Positions 1 to 13,360 of a stretch of 64,000 bases of DNA are shown piece by piece. The DNA comes from the human T2T-CHM13v2.0 reference genome, Homo sapiens. The stretch lies in assembly GCF_009914755.1 (NCBI RefSeq), contig NC_060932.1. One strand, 5' to 3'. Numbering within the stretch: position 1 is the first letter of the stretch; every line of letters starts with the position of its first letter. A program made the translations under genes and the position numbers. Below the pieces are notes generated by a model that worked only from the letters and a program-made list of their open reading frames with translations, had not been told where the DNA came from and ran no database searches.

Positions 1-135
1 AATTTTTGTATTTTTAGTAGAGACAGGGTTTCACCATATTGTTCAAGCTGGTCTTGAACTCCAGACCTCAGGTGATCCACTTGCCTTGGCCTCCCAAAGT
101 GCTGAGATTATAGGTGTGAGCCACAGTGCCCAGCC
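1..135 (-). mobile_element. AluS, left monomer (cut by window edge)
   Basis: Reverse-complement Alu: ttttgtatttttagtagagacagggtttcacc...cctcccaaagtgctgagattataggtgtgagccacagtgcccagcc. Confidence 0.95.
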
Positions 136-905
136 TTTTATCCTACTTCTAAAGCTTTTATTTTAGATAATGAGGATGTAACCTAGATTATTAATTTGGT
201 TCCTTCTGCTCAGTCCAGTGGGACAGTATCTAGGATTTATGAATGTGTTGTTGCTAGGTGCATGGAACTAGATCCTGCTTTAATAAGAGCACAGGCAAGC
301 AGCTATGGGCTGAATGGAGTAGGAAGACCACCACTCATGATATTTTATTTAAATATTAAAAATATGTTCTTAGTAGAGTAGAAAATTGTGATAATAATAA
401 ATGGGCACAAGCTCTCCATCTCGATATGCTTTTTGATGTGTCTTGACATGTCCCACAGTAGGTAGATTGGGACAGAAGAGTGCAGAGCCCTAAGGGAACC
501 AATCAAAGGCGAGCTTGCAGGTCTGCTGTGGGGGGCAGGTAGTCAGGCAAAGCCACAGAGAAGTGCAGACAAGTGCAGGCTTAAGCTGGGACTGGCTGGC
601 TCAGCTTGTGAGGCACAGGGCACTTCAGAGGCTGAGCAACCAGTGAGAAGGCAGGGAGCTCATTAGAGGTGTGGTGAGGGAAATGCCATCAGCAGGGACC
701 TCTATGGATTAGGAAGAGAGGAAAGATACGGCATTTACCTGGAAGAACTAAGATGTTAATTTAGCAAACTTAGAGGAAACTGTTCAGGGCAGCCTCTCTT
801 TAGGATGGGAGAGAAACAAAGAAGGAGAGAAGACAATGTAAAATGGTTTGAGTTGCTTTAATTATAAGGACAAGGATAGCTAAGGTGTGGTGAAAAGGCC
901 ACCAG

Positions 906-1146
906 TGCCAGGCGCAGTGGCTCAAGCCTATAATCCTAACACTTTGGGAGGCCGAGGCAGGCGGGTCACTTGAGGTCAGGAGTTCGAGACCAGCCTGGCC
1001 AACATGGTGAAACCCTCTCTCTACTAAAAGTACACAAATTAGCTGGAAATCGCTTGAACCCAGGAGGCAGAGGTTGCAGTGAGCTGAGATCATGCCACTG
1101 CACTCCAGTCTGGGCAACAGAGCGAGACTCTGTCTCACAAAAAGAA
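906..1146 (+). mobile_element. AluS (Sx/Sz-like) with ~50-bp deletion at start of right monomer
   Basis: Alu 5' end gccaggcgcagtggctc; jumps from aaattagctgg to aatcgcttgaacc; TSD aaaaggccaccag at 893-905 and 1147-1159. Confidence 0.95.
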
Positions 1147-1210
1147 AAAAGGCCACCAGGTCGGGTTAAAGGACCTGGTCAGTGCATCACAATCTGCTGT
1201 ATTAGAATAT

Positions 1211-1945
1211 TGTAACTGCCCGACGGGTTCTTCCTGCTCACTGCACAAACAAAATCAATTCACAAAGACACAAAGACCGTAGCATTACAGTGAAGAAAGA
1301 GTTTAATAGACATGAGGTTGGCCATGCCACATGGGAGACAGAGTTATTATTCAAATCAATCTCATCGAAGGCTTGGAGATTAGGGGTTTTTCAAAGGTTA
1401 TTTGGCTAGGCAATGGGTGCTTACAGCTGATTGATGGGGGTGGAGATGAAATCATAGGTAGTTGAAGCTGTTCTCTTGTGCTGAGTCACTTCTGGGTGGG
1501 GCCACAGGAGCAGGACCCACAAGGTGGTCCAAGTGAAGACACTGGTGTCAGACATGCAATAAACATGAAAATATATCTCAAAAGGCCAATCTTTTGGCCT
1601 TTTGAGCCAAATGTTATCTGATGTTATCTGCGGGAATAATTGGGTAAGCTGTGACTTCCAGAGTAATGGCTGGCAATCATTTGTGTCTACACCTTAGCAG
1701 AATTGAGGCTCCTGTCTTCCTCCTAGCCTGGTGGTCTTTCATTAGCTTTACAAAGGTGGTTAAATTTGGGGGAAGAGCTATTATCATTAAACTATAAACT
1801 AAGTGTCTCCCAAAACTGGCCCAGCCTAAGCTCAGGAATAATTAAGACAGCTTGAAGGCTAAAGGCGAGAGTGGGGTTGACTAGATCAGATTTCCTCCAC
1901 TGCCATAATTTTCTCACTCATATAATATTTGCAAAGGTGGTTCCA
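1211..1945 (-). mobile_element. ERV1 solo LTR, LTR8/MER50-like (MER4 group)
   Basis: TGTAAC...CA ends; taaactataaactaa and tttgcaaaggtggttcca motifs; colinear with the LTR at 24164-24896. Confidence 0.85.
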
Positions 1946-2784
1946 GTATGACCAAAACACCCCACGTACAAACACATACTGTTGGGTAGTATAATAAATA
2001 GGCCAAGACTGTGCTGCTCTAGTCAGTTCACACAGAACAAGGTTTAGGGAGGGGTTTGGGATAGGTAGCCACTGCAGAAGAAAATGAAGTCATGAAGGCT
2101 CAAAACACAACTTTTGGGAAAAAGATTAATTAGAGACTGCACACTCAAGATAGCCTCTGGGTCTTGCTGACCCAGAGCTTCTCTGTTGACTTGAGTGATA
2201 ACTCATGTGTTTCCATACTTGTGTTATCTTTCCAAATCTACCCTAGCTTTGCTGCTTGCAAGGAAATCCTAGTTTCCAAGGAGCAAGGCTTGGAAAATAC
2301 ATGTACGCACCTGCTTTCTCCAAGCACTCTAGGCAGCTGCCCCTTGGGCTGTTCTCCCACTCTTACCTCCCCAGAGGCTGGGCTGCTGGAGCGTTTGCAA
2401 AACACCAAGAAAACTATAGCATCCATCCACCAGTTTCCAGATGGTCTCCCCAGCTTGATAATGGCTCCCTGGTGAATACAGAATGGATCATGACAGAGGC
2501 AGGAATTTGTGGTAGCTGTAAAGTGGAGAGAATAATCTGGAAATAACATCCAAGATCTCGCAGGAAACTGTTCCATACATAGAGGGCTCCAGATGAGTGA
2601 AGACTTGCCCGTTAGTCACAGTTGCTCCTCTCACTGTGTCCAAGAGAGGACTGGTCCTCTGGTGTCCCGAGGCAGGGGAGAATCACTAGGGCACAGCATG
2701 CTCCAACAAGGCCCTTTCCTATTGCTAATCGAGGTCAAGCAACACCTTGGCTTCTGTTTGTGCAGAAAGCAGACAAAAGGTTGG

Positions 2785-3097
2785 TTTTTGTTTTGTTTTG
2801 TTTTGTTTTGAGATGGAGACAGAGTCTCACACTGTCACCCAGGCTGGAGTGAGGTGGTGTGATCTCCACTCACTGCAATCTTCACCTCCTGGGTTCGAGC
2901 AATTCTTGTGGCTCAGCCTCCAGAGTAGCTGGAATTACAGGAGCCCACCACCATGCCTGGCTAATTTTTGTATTTTTAGTAGAGACGGGGTTTCGCCATT
3001 TTGGCCAGGCTGGTTTCCAACTCCTGACCTCAGGTGATCCACCTGCCTTGGCCTCCCAAAGTGCTAGGATTACAGATGTGAGACACCACACCCGGCC
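2785..3097 (-). mobile_element. AluSx-like with (TTTTG)n tail
   Basis: Full dimeric Alu reverse complement ending cacccggcc. Confidence 0.95.
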
Positions 3098-3199
3098 ATG
3101 TTTTTAGTCATCTCTTGTGGGGATGGGAAATGATAATACTACTTGAACTTCTCATAGGTTAGGCTTTCTTATGGGTTAAGTGCTTTAGAGCATTGTTTT

Positions 3200-3529
3200 G
3201 CTGTCTCTTCTCTAACCATTATGGAGATTTGGGGAGCTCCTTCAGACCCCCAATAAACTTGTTTGTGGAGGCCTAGGGAGTTTCTTCAGACCTTCAATAA
3301 AACTTGTTTAATCCTAAACAGGTCCTGTTAAGAAGTTTTTCATTGTCTTGTCATGCTTTGAGGCCCAGGAAAGGCAAAACTCTTGGTGGGCTTTTGTTAC
3401 ATTCCAGCCTTTGTGTAAGGACATTGGCTTTATCAGATTTTAATATATAACTTAACTACTCAGTCAGTACTGACACAGTTGTTATGGAGGCCTGCCTGTT
3501 CACCCGTTAGGGAGGCATGGCCTGCCACA
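3200..3529 (-). mobile_element. Partial ERV1 LTR (LTR9-like), 5' half
   Basis: Minus strand begins tgtggcaggcc...aggcctccataacaactgtgtcagtactgactgag; internal repeat cttcagacc..caataaa(a)cttgttt occurs twice. Confidence 0.7.
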
Positions 3530-3602
3530 ATTGGGCCCATGACCTGATGGTGCGAGGCCCTATAATTGTCACAGGCTAGGAGACTTCTCCTGTTTGCACC
3601 AG

Positions 3603-3733
3603 GATCAGCAGAGACCAGGGAAGCTGCTGGGTCCCTGCTGGTGAGTTGCATTCAGGAGCCTGTGACAGGAAGAATTACCAAAGATAAGACCATGCCTGTG
3701 GGCAAGATGCTTGCTGGTTGATTTATTCTCCAG
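3603..3733 (+). other. Candidate 131-nt exon or recursive splice site of an unannotated transcript
   Basis: Acceptor cttctcctgtttgcaccAG|g; donor ctccag|GTAAGC. Motif evidence only. Confidence 0.3.
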
Positions 3734-5546
3734 GTAAGCGTGTAAATAACTGAGAAGAGAGACCAAAGGTGCAGAGATGGAGCATACTGATTAGGAGCTG
3801 ATGGACTGGTCTGTTCACAGAGCAATGGGGATGGAGGACTCTTACGCGTGAGAGTTGTTCAAATGTGCCTTCTCTCTGCCTCCTGAATTTCTGTTATGGT
3901 TCCTGTTTCTTAATTTTGTTCTTACTATTGAAGATGATTATTTGAATAAACATGATTTATTTGTACACTTTTTCACACGTTGGAACAAGCATCTTTTGTC
4001 AGACCTTGTGTCCCAATGTTTATGGCATAAAATACAGTGACTAGTATTGTGTGGCCCTCTGCCTGGGGCAGAGAGCCCAGGAGCCGTTCTTGGGGTAGCC
4101 CCAGTTGCGGGCAGCTCTGAACTCTGGCTAAGACACCAGGGGATGGAGTTGAATCTAACATCTTCAAGCTCAATGCACATGCGGTGGTTCTGTCTCCTGG
4201 TGTCCCTCCTGTAAGCCCTCCGTTTTTCCTAGGGCTGCTGGCAAAGCAAAAGTTAAAAGTGGTTCCAGCAGACACAGGCCCTCCAGCTGCCAGCAATTAG
4301 CTTCCCCAGCTCTTCCCACAGGAACCTCCTGCTGACTTAATGAGCTAAATGCAGGAAGGTTGTCTCCTCTGGTAGGTGTCTCCCTGGGCAGGAAGATGCT
4401 CTGGGAGGGCCATGTGTGAGCTCCAAACTGACTCCTACACCGTGTCAAAGAGCTCAGCCCACTGACACATGCCTCACTTTGAAACCGAAACCCAATTCTA
4501 AACTTCCAGTCAGAAGCGAGCTAAGAGAAAGATGGAGACAACAGAAATAAGCCAATTTTTCAACAGTAAAAAATGCCTTACTAGCCTGTGTACCTGTTTC
4601 CCTATGGACAAAGGAGTATTTCTCACCTTCTGCCATAGCAGAGCCAGCACTCTACATAGACACAGAGCTTTTCAAAGCCTCCAGAAAGCATCTTCCTACC
4701 AGGATACCACAGTACTTACAATGCCCAAATAAAATTCCAATCTCTCTAATTGAATATAAATGTATGGAATAAAGTTTTGGAATTTAACACTACTCAAACA
4801 TTTGTTGTTTTGTTTCCTTCTTGCAGCTTTTCTGTTCTACTAAGGCTAGGGCTAGTGATTAAGGCTTATTGCTCCAGGGAAGGGGAGGGTTGATGATTAG
4901 TTTTGCATTTCAATCTCAGCTCTTGAATTTCAAATTAGACTTTAAAAATTTCATCATGAGTTAATCATATTCATTTAAGTAAATGGAAGGCTTTTTTAGA
5001 ATTCCTAAAGCTGGCTTTACAATGAAGAATCATGGAAGTATTCCAGCTAAGAAATTAAGAAGAAATGATAGGATTCGAATAACACAATTTAGAGTGCTTA
5101 ATGTATTAATATATCTAGGTAATGGCCATCAATGGCTGCTAACTTCATGAAAAGGGAGACAATCAGACATTATGTTCCTCCTGATGGAAGAATACTCCAT
5201 TACTTACCGTATGTTCTTGGAAAAAACGATGACAATAAAAACTAAATTTGTTGAAGCCTCTAGGTCCAACTTCCAATTTATAGAAGATAAGAGAAAGGAA
5301 CTTGTTAAACTATACCTTGGGGATGCAATCAGCAAAATCCAGACTATTGGAAAATCCACAAGCCCCACTGCTTGGTTTTTCCAACAAATAAGTAGCAAGA
5401 AAAGAAGAGAGGTGGAGAGAGATTTTAGATAAAAGAGATGTGAGTGGCATAACCAGTTGTAATGTATAGATATTATTTAGATTCTAATTTAAGCAAATTA
5501 TAAAAACATGATATTTATGAGATAATTAAGAATTTGAACAATGGAT

Positions 5547-6182
5547 TGTTGAAAATCCTTAGTTATTTTCTAGTGAGGTTTTAGCAGGTCAAGGGCCCAC
5601 TAAGGTGATATTTTAGGGCCTAAGGCCCTCGACCTGTTAAAGGTTCACTAGAAAATCACTGACAAGGGGCGGATTGATTAATAGGAGAGAAATCATACAA
5701 ATGTATTTAACGTGTATACACAGGGGCCTTTGGAATGAAGACCCAACCCGCCAATGAGGTACAGAAGCCTCTATGCCACCTGGAGGTTACAGAAAGAATG
5801 AGGGTTCAGGGCATGGCTAAAAGCAGGTTTTAATGCCAAGACAGGTTATAAGAGGGAGAGAGGAAGTGGCTTGTTCACAAGCAGCAACAGTGGCCTTGTT
5901 ATATAGAGGAAATTTTCCAGGTGGTAGCTGTCAGAGAGAATGGATGGTAAATATCTCTTTTTCAGACATTTAAAGGTGTCAGACTCTCAATTAATCTCTC
6001 CTAGATTCAGGAAAGACCTAGAAAGAGATGGTCTGATTGCATTGAGGGAGGTTGTCTGCAGATACAAATCTCCCCCACGAAAGACAGTTTTGCCAGGGCA
6101 CGTCAATCTGCTGGCCTTGGGGCAGCTATTTCAAAATAAGTGAAAGAAATATATTTTGGAGTAAAATATTTTATTCCTTTCA
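5547..6182 (-). mobile_element. ERV1 solo LTR, MER34/MER39 family
   Basis: Minus strand starts tgaaaggaataaaatattttactccaaaatatatttctt, a MER34/39 hallmark; TG...CA ends. Confidence 0.85.
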
Positions 6183-6347
6183 ATATTAAGGAATAATTGT
6201 CACTTTTTTGCTGTGTTATTGGTATTGTGGTTATGTTAAAAAATGAGTTTTTTTTTTTAACGTAACTGAAAATTTGATGGATGAAATACATACTGAAAAA
6301 ATGACAGGCAAACTTGTATGGGATTTGCTTCAAAATAATACGGGAAT

Positions 6348-6939
6348 TTTAAACCAAAAATAAAATTCTAAGCCCCCCAGCCATCTAAATGGACCCCTTT
6401 TCTCAGAAAGGGCATTCCAAAGTTAACCTAAAACACGAGTTCAGGCCATGATGAGAAGAAGGAGCTGGACATGCCTCGTGATACCCTCTTCCCTTTTGGA
6501 ATTACTGATAGAACAAACTCTATGTTTGATAAGAAACATTTACAATCTATTCTCTCTGAAGCCCACTACCCAGAGGCTTCATCTGCATGATAAAACCTTG
6601 GTTTCCACAACCCCTTATCCTAACCCAGACATTCCTTTCTATTGATAATAACTCTTTCAACCAATTGCCAATCAGAAAATATTTGAACCTGCCTATGACC
6701 TAGAAGCCCCTACTTCCAGTTGCCCTGCCTTTCTTGGGTGAACTGATGTATATCTTGCATGTATTGATTGATGACTTATGTCTCCCTAAAATCTATAAAA
6801 CCTAGTTGTAGCTCAGCCATGCTTGGGCACATGTTCTCAGGATCTCCTGAAGGCTGCGTCAGAGGCCATTGGTCACTCATATTGAGCTCAGAATAAATCT
6901 CTTCAAATATTTTACAGAGCTTGACTCTTTTTGTCAACA
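6348..6939 (+). mobile_element. MER4 (MER4A/B-like) solo LTR
   Basis: aaaccaaaaataaaattctaagcccccc start; gctcagaataaatctcttcaaatattttacagag...caaca end; 4-bp TSD gaat (6344-6347, 6940-6943). Confidence 0.9.
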
Positions 6940-6959
6940 GAATGGAATGTGGATGGGAG

Positions 6960-7473
6960 TGTAGGGGCCAAGGGAAATCATCCCCCTCACCTTGTGACCA
7001 TTTGCTAAAAATCACTAAGAGGCAGATTAACGGGAAGAAAAGCATACAAATTTATTTGATCATAGTGACCCAACCCCCTACAGGGAGCAGAAGCTAATAT
7101 ACTGTCTTGAAGTTACATAGAAAATAGAGGCTTGGACCTTGGCAAAAAAAGGTTTATGGGAGTGGGAGGAGAGGAGGCCTGGCTAGTAGAGGCTAGTAGA
7201 GTGTTATGTAGATGAAACCATACAGGTAGCAGCCATCAGAGAGGGTAGATGGGAAATGTTTCTTTCAGACTTTTAAAGGTCTTTCAGACTTTCAGTTAAT
7301 CTTAGACCCCACAGGGGAAGACCTGGCTGCACTAATGCAGATTGTCTACAAATGCAAATTTCCCCTGCAAAAGACAGCTTTGCAGGGCTACTTCTTTCTG
7401 CTGGCTCACTGACAGCCATCGCAAAATATGGCAAAGAAATATATTTTGGGGTAAAATATTTTTATTTCTTTCA
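6960..7473 (-). mobile_element. ERV1 solo LTR, MER39-like
   Basis: Minus strand starts tgaaagaaataaaaatattttaccccaaaatatatttctt; homologous to 5547-6182. Confidence 0.85.
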
Positions 7474-7776
7474 AGGGTACAGATAAAGCAAGATTAGCTA
7501 TAATTACTGCAGTTGGGGAACAGACATGGGGATTTTAAATACTGTTCTGCTTCCTTTTGTGTGTCTCTAAGATTCTCCATAAGAAAAAGTCTTAAAAATG
7601 AAGTCATATATTGAATTGCAATGATAATGCAAGTTTCCATCCTAATATTCAAGAATAATCTGGATTTCAAATTGTTTCAGGGGCTATCACAATTAGATAC
7701 TTGATGTTCTTTCACTTGGAAGACTATTACTCATTCCAAAATATTAGAAGGCTTTGTTCATCTAACAAGTAACCCC

Positions 7777-7808
7777 CATCTAACATCTAACATCTAACAT
7801 CTAACATC
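7777..7808. repeat. (CATCTAA)n heptamer tandem, ~4.5 copies
   Basis: catctaacatctaacatctaacatctaacatc read directly. Confidence 0.95.
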
Positions 7809-8469
7809 AAGGTCACCCCCAACTGTTAGTCAGTACATTCTTAAAGTACAAGGGTGTTGTTATGCCTCTGAAAGCAAACATAAACTAGGCTATCTCTTAT
7901 AGAGAAGTTGGGAATTACAAAATGCAATGCTTGCGCCAATAGGGTATGAGCTCTGGCCCATAATGTATATAAAACTCTAGGGATGGTCACAGAAATCATG
8001 ATTTGGCCTGGATTGCTTGTGTCTATTTTGATCCTTAGGAATTATCAATACCTAGATTTAAAATGACTAGATAGGACATAAAGAAAAAGATACAACTTTG
8101 AAAGAAAGAGACAAAATTAAATAGCCTATGATGATTGCTGGGACAGTGTTGTTCAGCTATTAATATAAATTATTATTAATGTTTACTGAATTACTTTAAC
8201 ATATACTACCTATATCTTCCTTTATTTAGCACACTTAAGAACTGTGTGCTAATACTAGTGAAAAGACTTGATGTTTATTTAGAATTTATTCGAAATTATT
8301 AAAACATCACTGCTAATTTGCTTGTACAATGCTTGCAGAATTTTAAAGTAATTGAACATAAAGTAATTTCCTTTGAGTAACTTCTAGGCACAATAGACAG
8401 AATAGTTTTAAAACATCTTCCATAGAGTTCCCTTAACCATAAAGGTCTTTTAAAGATTTATGAATCGTA

Positions 8470-9157
8470 TGAGAAAAAGTATCATCCAGAAAAACACCAG
8501 GATAGCTAAATAGTAGAAAGGAGACCTTTATTGGTAATATCTGTTTGCAAACCAAGGGCAGTATCTGGTGTGTACTGCAGGTGCTCTGTTTTTGAGGAGG
8601 GAGAGAGCAGGTTGGTGTCTATGCCTCACAGGGCCTGTATTATACAACAGAATCACACAAATTTGACAGGTTTGGGGGAAAAGCTATACATATTTCTGAG
8701 GGGAGTCAAGGGCATGTATGTAACATACACCCCATATTTACTTTGGGGCAGGGCTTTAGCATCAAAATGAGGTGGAATTTGCCTCTTTACATCAAAAGGT
8801 TAACTATGGGACATAAAGAGACAGTTTGTGTGCAGCCTCTATAGAAGCTACTGAAACCAGCTTAAGGTCTGACATTGCTTATCAGAAAAGGATGTTTGTA
8901 AGGCCAGTTCTCTGTCCAGTCAGAGTTGTAATGGTCTAGGTTGTAAATCACAGTTAGCAGGGGTTTGATTATCTGCCTGATAGCTCCTGTTGTTAGGGAG
9001 TTTAGCAAGAGTATGGTTTTTCCTGTGGCCATAAGGACTAGGAAGTTGCCATCCAACCAAACCCTAGACCCCCAACCTGTAAGTAACTTTTGCTTCCTTA
9101 TCCTTAGCACCCATCTTAGTAGACAGAGAGACATCTATTTTGGTCTCTAAGGTCACA
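8470..9157 (-). mobile_element. ERV1 solo LTR (MER72-like, MER4 group)
   Basis: Minus strand starts tgtgaccttagagaccaaaatagatg; poly(A) signal appears as tttatt near 8527. Confidence 0.7.
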
Positions 9158-9488
9158 AGGGCATTTGACAGCTATGCGCTTGTTATTATTTGTGATAAGT
9201 TGGTGGCTCGCCCTTGCTGTTCTGCTAAGGCCAGAAACTGGATATCCTGTAAGTGGCTTTCACGGCAGTATTAGATTCTAATTCTTTCAAAAAGTTCATG
9301 CAAGTTTGGGTCTATAACGGTATTTCCATCTTTCAGGACAATGATGGCGTTGACATTTTGAGGCTATTAAATATATCAGTCTAATTTGAATGGTACTTCC
9401 TAAAGCCCTTCCTCTGTACTCAGTCTCAGGTAGACTGAGTTTATGGTGTGGTTCCTGTTCTCTCTCTGCTCATGTGAGGCTACACATA

Positions 9489-9946
9489 TGTGAAATAAAA
9501 ATAAAAACTCAGGACCCCAGTTCACTCTGCCAAAGGAAAAAATTAAGCTGAAACCTGAGTCTTGCGCGGAGCTATCTTTCCTTCTGTTCTTAAGCAGAGA
9601 GCTACAGATAAAAGATTAAATATCTCCACAAGTAGCTACTCTATGTTCACCTTACCTTATGTAAAAATGCTAATTTACTGGACGAACACATAGTTGACTA
9701 TTCTCCTACTGGCTCCTTTTCTCTTGAAAAATGTGGATTCAGGATTGTGACCATATCCTCCCTCTTGCCCCTCCAGCCCACTTTTCACTTTTACATATTG
9801 AAGCCCTCAAAATCATCTTTGGAGAAAGGCACAGACCACAGACTGGTTCTGTGATTCCATGTTTTTCCTCCCGGGCATGTCCTTAACCTTGGCAAAATAA
9901 ACTTCTAAATTGATTGAGACCTGTCTCAGACACTTCTTGGTTTACA
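9489..9946 (+). mobile_element. ERV1 solo LTR (MER4C/MER65-like)
   Basis: tgtgaaa...aataaacttctaaattgattgagacctgtctcaga...ggtttaca; perfect 4-bp TSD cata (9485-9488, 9947-9950). Confidence 0.85.
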
Positions 9947-10493
9947 CATATGAGAATGAACAACAGCTAATCAAATGCTAAAATGTACCTGACCTCCTGT
10001 TGCTATGGAAGGCCAGGAATAGGAGACACCTATGCTGCCTCCAGGCATCAGGAAGACTTCAAGGAGGAGGCAGTGTTTGGGCTGGATCTGGGAGGATGTG
10101 CAATATTTAAAAAGAGAAGACAAGAGAGGGTGTTTCCAGCACTGAGGGTAAAGGGTAGGATATGTGGTTTTCGACAGCCTGTGTATGAATCAGTTTCCCC
10201 AGGCCCACCAGCCTGTGGTACTAATGAGGTCACAGTAATATTAGCAGTGTGCATTTTGCTAGTTTTTCAGCATAGCCACGTTAACTGTTTTTAAGCGTAT
10301 AGCACAGGGGCATTAAGTACATTCACGTTCTTATAACACATTCTCATTTAATTTTTCACAACTTAAAATCCTTGATACTAGCCATACAAGGAGAAGGATA
10401 AATTTAAAGAGTATATCAGTTATCACCTAAAAAGATAAAGGCTGCTAGTGGGTTTTTATGGTAGGGGGTGGGGGCTTGTTTATATCTCAAGTT

Positions 10494-10719
10494 GTTGTTT
10501 TCTTTTTTTTCGATACGGAGTCTCACTCTGTTGCCCAGGCTGGAGTGCAGTGGCCCGATCTCGGCTCACTGTAACCTCTGCCTCCTGAGTTCAAGCAATT
10601 CTCGTGCCTCAGCCTCCTAAGTAGCTGGGATTACAGGTTCGTGCCACCACACCCAGCTAATTTTTTTGTATTTTTAGTAGAGACAGGGTTTTGCCATTTT
10701 GTCCAGGCTGCGCCCGGCC
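10494..10719 (-). mobile_element. AluS with ~75-bp internal deletion in left monomer
   Basis: Jumps from gtccaggctg to cgcccggcc; TSD tcaagtt at 10487-10493 and 10720-10726. Confidence 0.9.
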
Positions 10720-12994
10720 TCAAGTTTTAATCTAGGAATTATGCCAATTAAATGCTGAGTTCCTAGAGAGAAATTATTTTGTTAGACTTTCTTCTCAAGT
10801 TCAGGATTTTCCAAGTTAGTGAATTTACTGTATTTAGGATTAACAAGAAAGTTTCCATTTTAACCCCAGATGACAGATCTCTTTAGCTGGCCGTAACTAG
10901 GGAGTCTCTCTGGCAGCAGGAGGTTAAGAATAGAACAGATTATCAATGGAGGTTGTGAAATTGCTTTCCCGGGAAGAACTTTGTGAGCAAGAGGAGATAC
11001 TATTTGCCTGAAATGATTGATTCAGTTCTTCAGTACTGAGCTTTTCAACAAAAGAGCAATCTGGTTTCTTAGCAGAGGGAAGCCTTGACTGATGTGGGCC
11101 CCTTGTGTGATCTGCCCCTGGGAAGTGTGGAGGAAAGTTAATACTGAATGTACTCATTCGAAGGGAGGCAGCACAAGGATAAAGCAATCAGACTGATCAG
11201 ACGACCACTGTTTCCTGCGCAGGGACAGACTGTCCATTCCCTTGCCTGTCATCACTGGCCACCCTCTGTTCCAGGCTGGGCCACTGCCGTCTGATCCTTT
11301 GTTATATGAACAGACCAACAAGCATTTAGGAATTCGTTTTGTTGAGGAAAACAACTTAGCCCTTAATAATTTTAGGAAAAACCAAGAGGATTATCAAAGT
11401 ATTATATTTTAAATGGTACAATGTCTCATGAAATTCCATGTCTGACTCCTTTGGGAAAAACACCAGGAAGATAAGATCTCATTCAGTTGTTCTGTGTTCA
11501 TTCCATCAACAGGGACATGATACGATAGGTCCTGGCTAGTTCCACGGGGAATACACTGGTGAGTGTGGAGGACACAGGGGATGGCCTCAGAGTCGTTCTT
11601 TCTGTGTGTCTTTCTGCTCTTGCACCTTCATCTTTTGCACTCCCTTATAACTAAGGCTCCTGGGATTCAACAATCACACACCCTGAGTGTGGAGAGGCTG
11701 AGTGAAACTGCAGGTGTCTTTGCTGCATTCTCTCCTGTTTCTGGCAGGGAGGGTCCTACAGGTGTTTGTATCTTTGTGCATAGTACCAGACATCCCGGTG
11801 GCCATGTGCTAGTTTCATCGGTGATGTGAGGCTGCTATGGGGCACCTGATTTTTGCTCATTCTGGTCTAGCAGTACAGTTCTGGAGCCAACCATTCTGCA
11901 CGCAGCTTCCCAGTCCCTTCACCATGGCATTTGATTCCCCCATTTGACTGTGGCAGAGGCAGCAGCTCCCCTGGAAGGCCAGTTCTGTAGTATTATATGT
12001 TCTACCTCTACATTTGGAATGAAAACCCATACTTGGGATATAAACAACTTCCAAAAATCACAGATACTATTTTATATATAGTTTTTATGGTGGTAGAAAT
12101 ATTATTTTTTGTTTTGAACTTATACATGTTTTCCAATTTATTTTCATATGTATTGTTGAGTTCTTGGATGTAGAGTATTTTCCCTTTAAGGGAAGGTCAT
12201 TTTCTTTTGAATATCCTCAATCCTTGTTCGACTAGAGGGTGGGTCCTGAAGGGGTTGCTATAATGGAGCATCTTTCATAACTATGTAAGCCTCTCATTGA
12301 TGTCCACTCACAGAAACAATTTGGATGTCACAGGATCTGCTACTCCAGGTAGGCAAACACACCAGGCACTTTGAAGGGAGGATACTTAAAACAGACTACT
12401 GTAGCAGGGACTAGCAAGAAAATACTGTTCATGTCTCTAATCAAAATTGAGAGAGCAAAGAAATTGTCTTATAAAATGAAGATTTAATTCTTGTCTTCAT
12501 GTAAGCAGAGAGGTTTTAGTGCTTTTAAATGCACAGTTAAACATAAAACAATCAAACTTTGCATTGTAATAGACTAAAGAGGCTAAGATGCACCATAAAC
12601 ATCCCTTTAAGTCTCAGAAGTGCCCTGTATGGCTAGTTATAAAAGTCAGCAAGCTCTCAGGTGATGACTTAGTGAGAGCAAAACTTTCCAGCAGGAAGGG
12701 TGAGGTGAGAGAGGGAAGAAAAGGATGGAAGATGTCAAGTTGAAGAATTCTTTCCCTAGTCCTGAAGATTTTTTTCCTATATTCTTTTCTAGAAGTTTTA
12801 TAGTTTTATGTTTTACATTTAAGTTCATAATCTATTTTGAGTCTTTTTTTTTAGGTGTAAGATTTTGGTCACTATTTTGTATGTTTCTTTTTGGTTTTGT
12901 TTTGCCTATGGATGTCCTATTGATCTAGGACTATTTATTGGAAAGGCTATACTTCCTTCAGTGAATTGTTTGGCTCCGTTGTTAAAAATTAGTT

Positions 12995-13360
<366 letters not shown>

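Larger units (their letters stand above)
5150..7600 (+). mobile_element. Old L1 3' UTR (L1MC/L1ME type), split into pieces by three LTR insertions
   Basis: Pieces at ~5150-5546, 6183-6347 and 7474-7600 read on as L1M 3' UTR (gggatgcaatcagcaaaatccagact...gggatttgcttcaaaataata...ctccataagaaaaag). Confidence 0.65.

Noticed and set aside
2164-2576. Three overlapping ~100-aa ORFs in non-repeat DNA
   Set aside because: No recognisable domain or splice framework; two begin at non-ATG codons; consistent with chance.
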